A stretch of 64,000 nt of DNA. Source: an uncultured Gemmatimonadales bacterium (GTDB lineage Bacteria > Gemmatimonadota > Gemmatimonadetes > Longimicrobiales > RSA9). Position 1 is the stretch's first letter. Each line of letters starts with the position of its first letter. Position numbers and translations under genes: made by a program. The notes under the pieces were generated by a model. It had not been told where the DNA came from. It did no database searches and saw only the letters and a list, made by a program, of their open reading frames with translations. Location of the stretch: NCBI GenBank assembly GCA_963798845.1, contig CAWCUS010000006.1, forward strand, positions 480,001-544,000, given 5' to 3'. Below are positions 61,518 through 64,000 of the stretch, one piece after another.

Positions 61518-63452
61518 GGTCAGCCGGATCGAGGATTCGCGACCGAAGCGAAAGGGGCAACCCCTGTTCCCCGGACAGGTCCGGAGAGGCGGGGGCCGTT
61601 CGTGGCGGTGTTGCAGTGTTTTCCGCCCGGACGGGCGGCGGACGCGAGACCCTCTCTGTTCTGCCGCGAGACACTCGTGCGGCCCGCAGCGCAACAGGGT
61701 GCCTGCTGCCTTCCAGGCGGTAGAGGCGGACGTCCGCCTCGGTCGGGCCCGGGATCGGCACGAGCCACGACGGCGCTCGCCCCGGATCAGGGCGCCGTAC
61801 AGCGTCTCCCGTCCGTCGCGCTCGGGAACGAGATAGGCGTCCCTCCCGGCCGGACACACCAGGACCACATCGACCCCCCGTTCCCGGAAGTCGCGGGGGT
61901 CTGCCTCATCGAGCGAGGCGTCGAGCGTGGCGATGACGACACGATTGCCCGAGTTGTGGAGATAAGGGGCGGCGAGGACCGAGTGCGGCGTATGATAGAG
62001 GATGGCCGGTCCCAGGTCGACGTGTGTGGCGATCACACTGGGGCGGAGGCCGGCCAGGGCGGTGACCGCCTCCCGATCGGAGCAGCCCGTGGACGTGTGG
62101 AGCGAAGGAGTCCGCGTCCGCCGGAGAACGGTCCCGGCGAAGATCCAGCCGAAGATGCTGCACACCACGAGAGCCCCCCGCGCCCACGCGCGCAAGCGCG
62201 AGGCGTGTATTGAAGCGGCGACATCGGAGATGGCGACACCGAGCAGGGCTGCACCAAAGGCTTCGGCGTAAAGGAGCCAGCGCAACTGGAAAAACCCGAT
62301 CACGGTCGTGGCGGCGAGCGGGAGGAGGAGAGCCGCGCGAGCGGCCCGGTGGTCGGGCTTGCGCAGCAACACCACCGCCGCGAGGAGGGCGACGACGGGC
62401 GCGCCGAAGTGCATCACAATGGGAGCCGCCGCGAGCGTCTCCTCTCGAACCTCGCTGATGCGGGGCAGCCGAATGCCGGCCAGCGTCGGGTCCAGGCTGG
62501 CGTAGGGGCCGAGGAAGAAGCGCGGGTCGAGGGCGGCAATGATTGCGGCGAGCGCGCCGCCGGAAAGGACCGCGGTGCCCAGCCGCGTGGCGGTGGTCCG
62601 GTCTTCGACGGCCGGGGCGGCGAGCCACCAGAACGCCAGCAGTCCGAGCGCCACCAGCAGGTGAATGGCGCTCACGCGGTCCAGATAGACGGCGAGCCAT
62701 TGCGCCGGAGCCCGCTCGGCCACGATCGCGAACGCGAGAACGGCGGCGGCGGTGCCGTGGAACCGGGCGTTCACATCACGCCAGCGGTGGGTGTCGCCCG
62801 CAAGCCACGCGATCCCCAGAACAAGGGTGGCGAGAGCGTACGCGAGCAGCGCCTCGACGCTGAGCCATAGGCCGAATCCCGCAGCGAGTCCGGCGACCAC
62901 GGCCATTCCGGGACGTGGTCGGATCAGCATCCGGACGATGGCCCCGAAAAGCACGAGGGCCGTCAGGAGAATGAGGTGGTGATGGTCGGCGCGGCCCGGA
63001 TAGCCGTAAGAGAAGCAGACGGCCTGTCCCATCACGAACAGCGCGACGAGGGGCGCGGAGAGCTCGGTGAGGAGCGGCCGAACCATCCACGCTGCCGCAA
63101 TCGCCGCTGCGATCAGGAGCGCGGGCGGGAGCAGGAGCGCCGTCAGCAGCAGAGGGTCGTGGGAGAACGGCCGCAACGCCGTGGTGACGACGATGATCAG
63201 GACGTCCAGAGGGCGCGTCCAGTGCAGGTCGTCTCCGAATGGAACGTTGCTGCGGGGAATGGTCCCGTCGAACCAGCTGGCGCCGGCCATGAGGCGCCGG
63301 ACGCGGACGAGCCGCATGTAGCCGTCCGTCCCCGGCAGCCAACCCCTGGAGAGATCGCCCCACCGGTGCATGGAGACCACGGCCATCCACGACGCCATGG
63401 TCGCGCTCGAGACGATCCACGCCACCGCCGAACGCGCGCGCGGCAATGTCAT
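61510..63452 (-). CDS. STT3/AglB-like GT-C membrane glycosyltransferase (frameshift near 61775; 3' end uncertain)
   Basis: TDGYMRLVRV, HWTRPLD, GRADHH, many TM helices, ISEV, and C-terminal THVDLGPAILYHTPHSVLAAPY. Confidence 0.68.
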
Positions 63453-64000
63453 GGCCGAAGCTCGTACAGGACCGCTTCGCCGGGGGTGTGGGGCACGCGT
63501 TTCAGCCAGGGGGGCGGCGTCCCGGCAACGAGTCGCCCGAACAGAGTCGGCTTCCCCCGGTCCTCAGCGCTGAAGAACGACTCGTCGTGGCCGGGACAGA
63601 CGACCACCAGGTCGGCGCCACGCGCCTCCAGGATCTGGCGCGAGATCCCGGGATCCACGGCGTTCAGTGCCTCATGGACCGCGAACATGCCGGTGTTGCG
63701 GTGATAGGGGGAAGCCAGCACTGCGTCCGGCGTGCGGAACAGGATGGCGGGTCCGAAGTCCACGTGCGCGGCAACGACCCTCGGCTGCCGCAGGTCCGGG
63801 TCGCCGAGCGCGGAAATCACGTCCGTCTCCCCGCAGCGCGCCGGGCCTCCGGCGGCCGGCGGGCGAGCGCCCACGGCCGCGTCCACGAGCGCGCCGCCGA
63901 ACACCCATCCGGTGGCCCCCAGCACGACGGCCAGTGCTTTGACGAGCCGGTGACGGAAGCGGTCCCCGAGCCGCGCCCGGAGACGCAATGCGTAAACCGC
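63449..64000 (-). CDS. C-terminal part of a second STT3/AglB-like paralog (truncated by window edge)
   Basis: AHVDFGPAILFRTPDAVLASPYHRN...GADLVVVCP...PPPWL closely parallels the neighbouring gene's C-terminus. Confidence 0.68.
   Translation of the reverse strand, partial: AVYALRLRARLGDRFRHRLVKALAVVLGATGWVFGGALVDAAVGARPPAAGGPARCGETDVISALGDPDLRQPRVVAAHVDFGPAILFRTPDAVLASPYHRNTGMFAVHEALNAVDPGISRQILEARGADLVVVCPGHDESFFSAEDRGKPTLFGRLVAGTPPPWLKRVPHTPGEAVLYELRP

Noticed and set aside
58644..62213. 1189-aa plus-strand ORF, and similar long ORFs such as 47650-50496, 27056-28951 and 5835-7940
   Set aside because: These are antisense or alternate-frame shadows of well-supported genes in high-GC DNA. They are Arg/Pro/Gly-rich and carry no recognisable motifs.
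60744..63452. 902-aa OST-GT2 fusion protein
   Set aside because: The OST-like C-terminus (APSWLVPIPG...VRLYRL, matching the paralog's PPPWL...VLYEL) lies in another frame from about 61775, so the fusion is probably a frameshift artefact.

Overview
GC-rich bacterial chromosomal window. Gene content and style are suggestive of Gemmatimonadota, but that is inference. In order it contains: (1) parA(3' end)-parB-M23 peptidase-bactofilin, then an intergenic cluster of three DnaA boxes (candidate oriC) and a Nif3-like gene; (2) secreted M28 and M14 peptidases, a Zn-ribbon/TPR protein, an SDR epimerase and a LOG protein; (3) a surface-glycan locus (GT-C, GT4s, GT2s, Wzx flippase, sulfotransferase, epimerase); (4) housekeeping genes (deoxyhypusine-synthase-like, DUF819, TIGR01777, DinB, MscS, ABC exporter, amidase) and a lipA-pdhABC-lpdA operon with short intergenic repeats; (5) a selD with an in-frame UGA (selenocysteine) and a SECIS-like hairpin, diverging from a Zn-ribbon/SirB1/YgfZ/NRAMP-like/GGCT run; (6) a Tad/Flp pilus operon on the minus strand. 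Downstream, that operon is extended by DUF192, an AAA+ ATPase, a beta-repeat membrane protein and a KaiC-ATPase/pseudo-receiver/degenerate-GGDEF protein with BcsE-like architecture. Upstream lies a cassette of two STT3/AglB-like GT-C proteins, a polyprenol-phosphate GT2 and two PTPS-related GT-C proteins. The best candidate for an undescribed system is this extended Tad locus, with putative c-di-GMP control and a dedicated glycosylation module. Several genes carry single-base frameshifts, most likely assembly errors. All family calls come from motif recognition only; no database searches were run.
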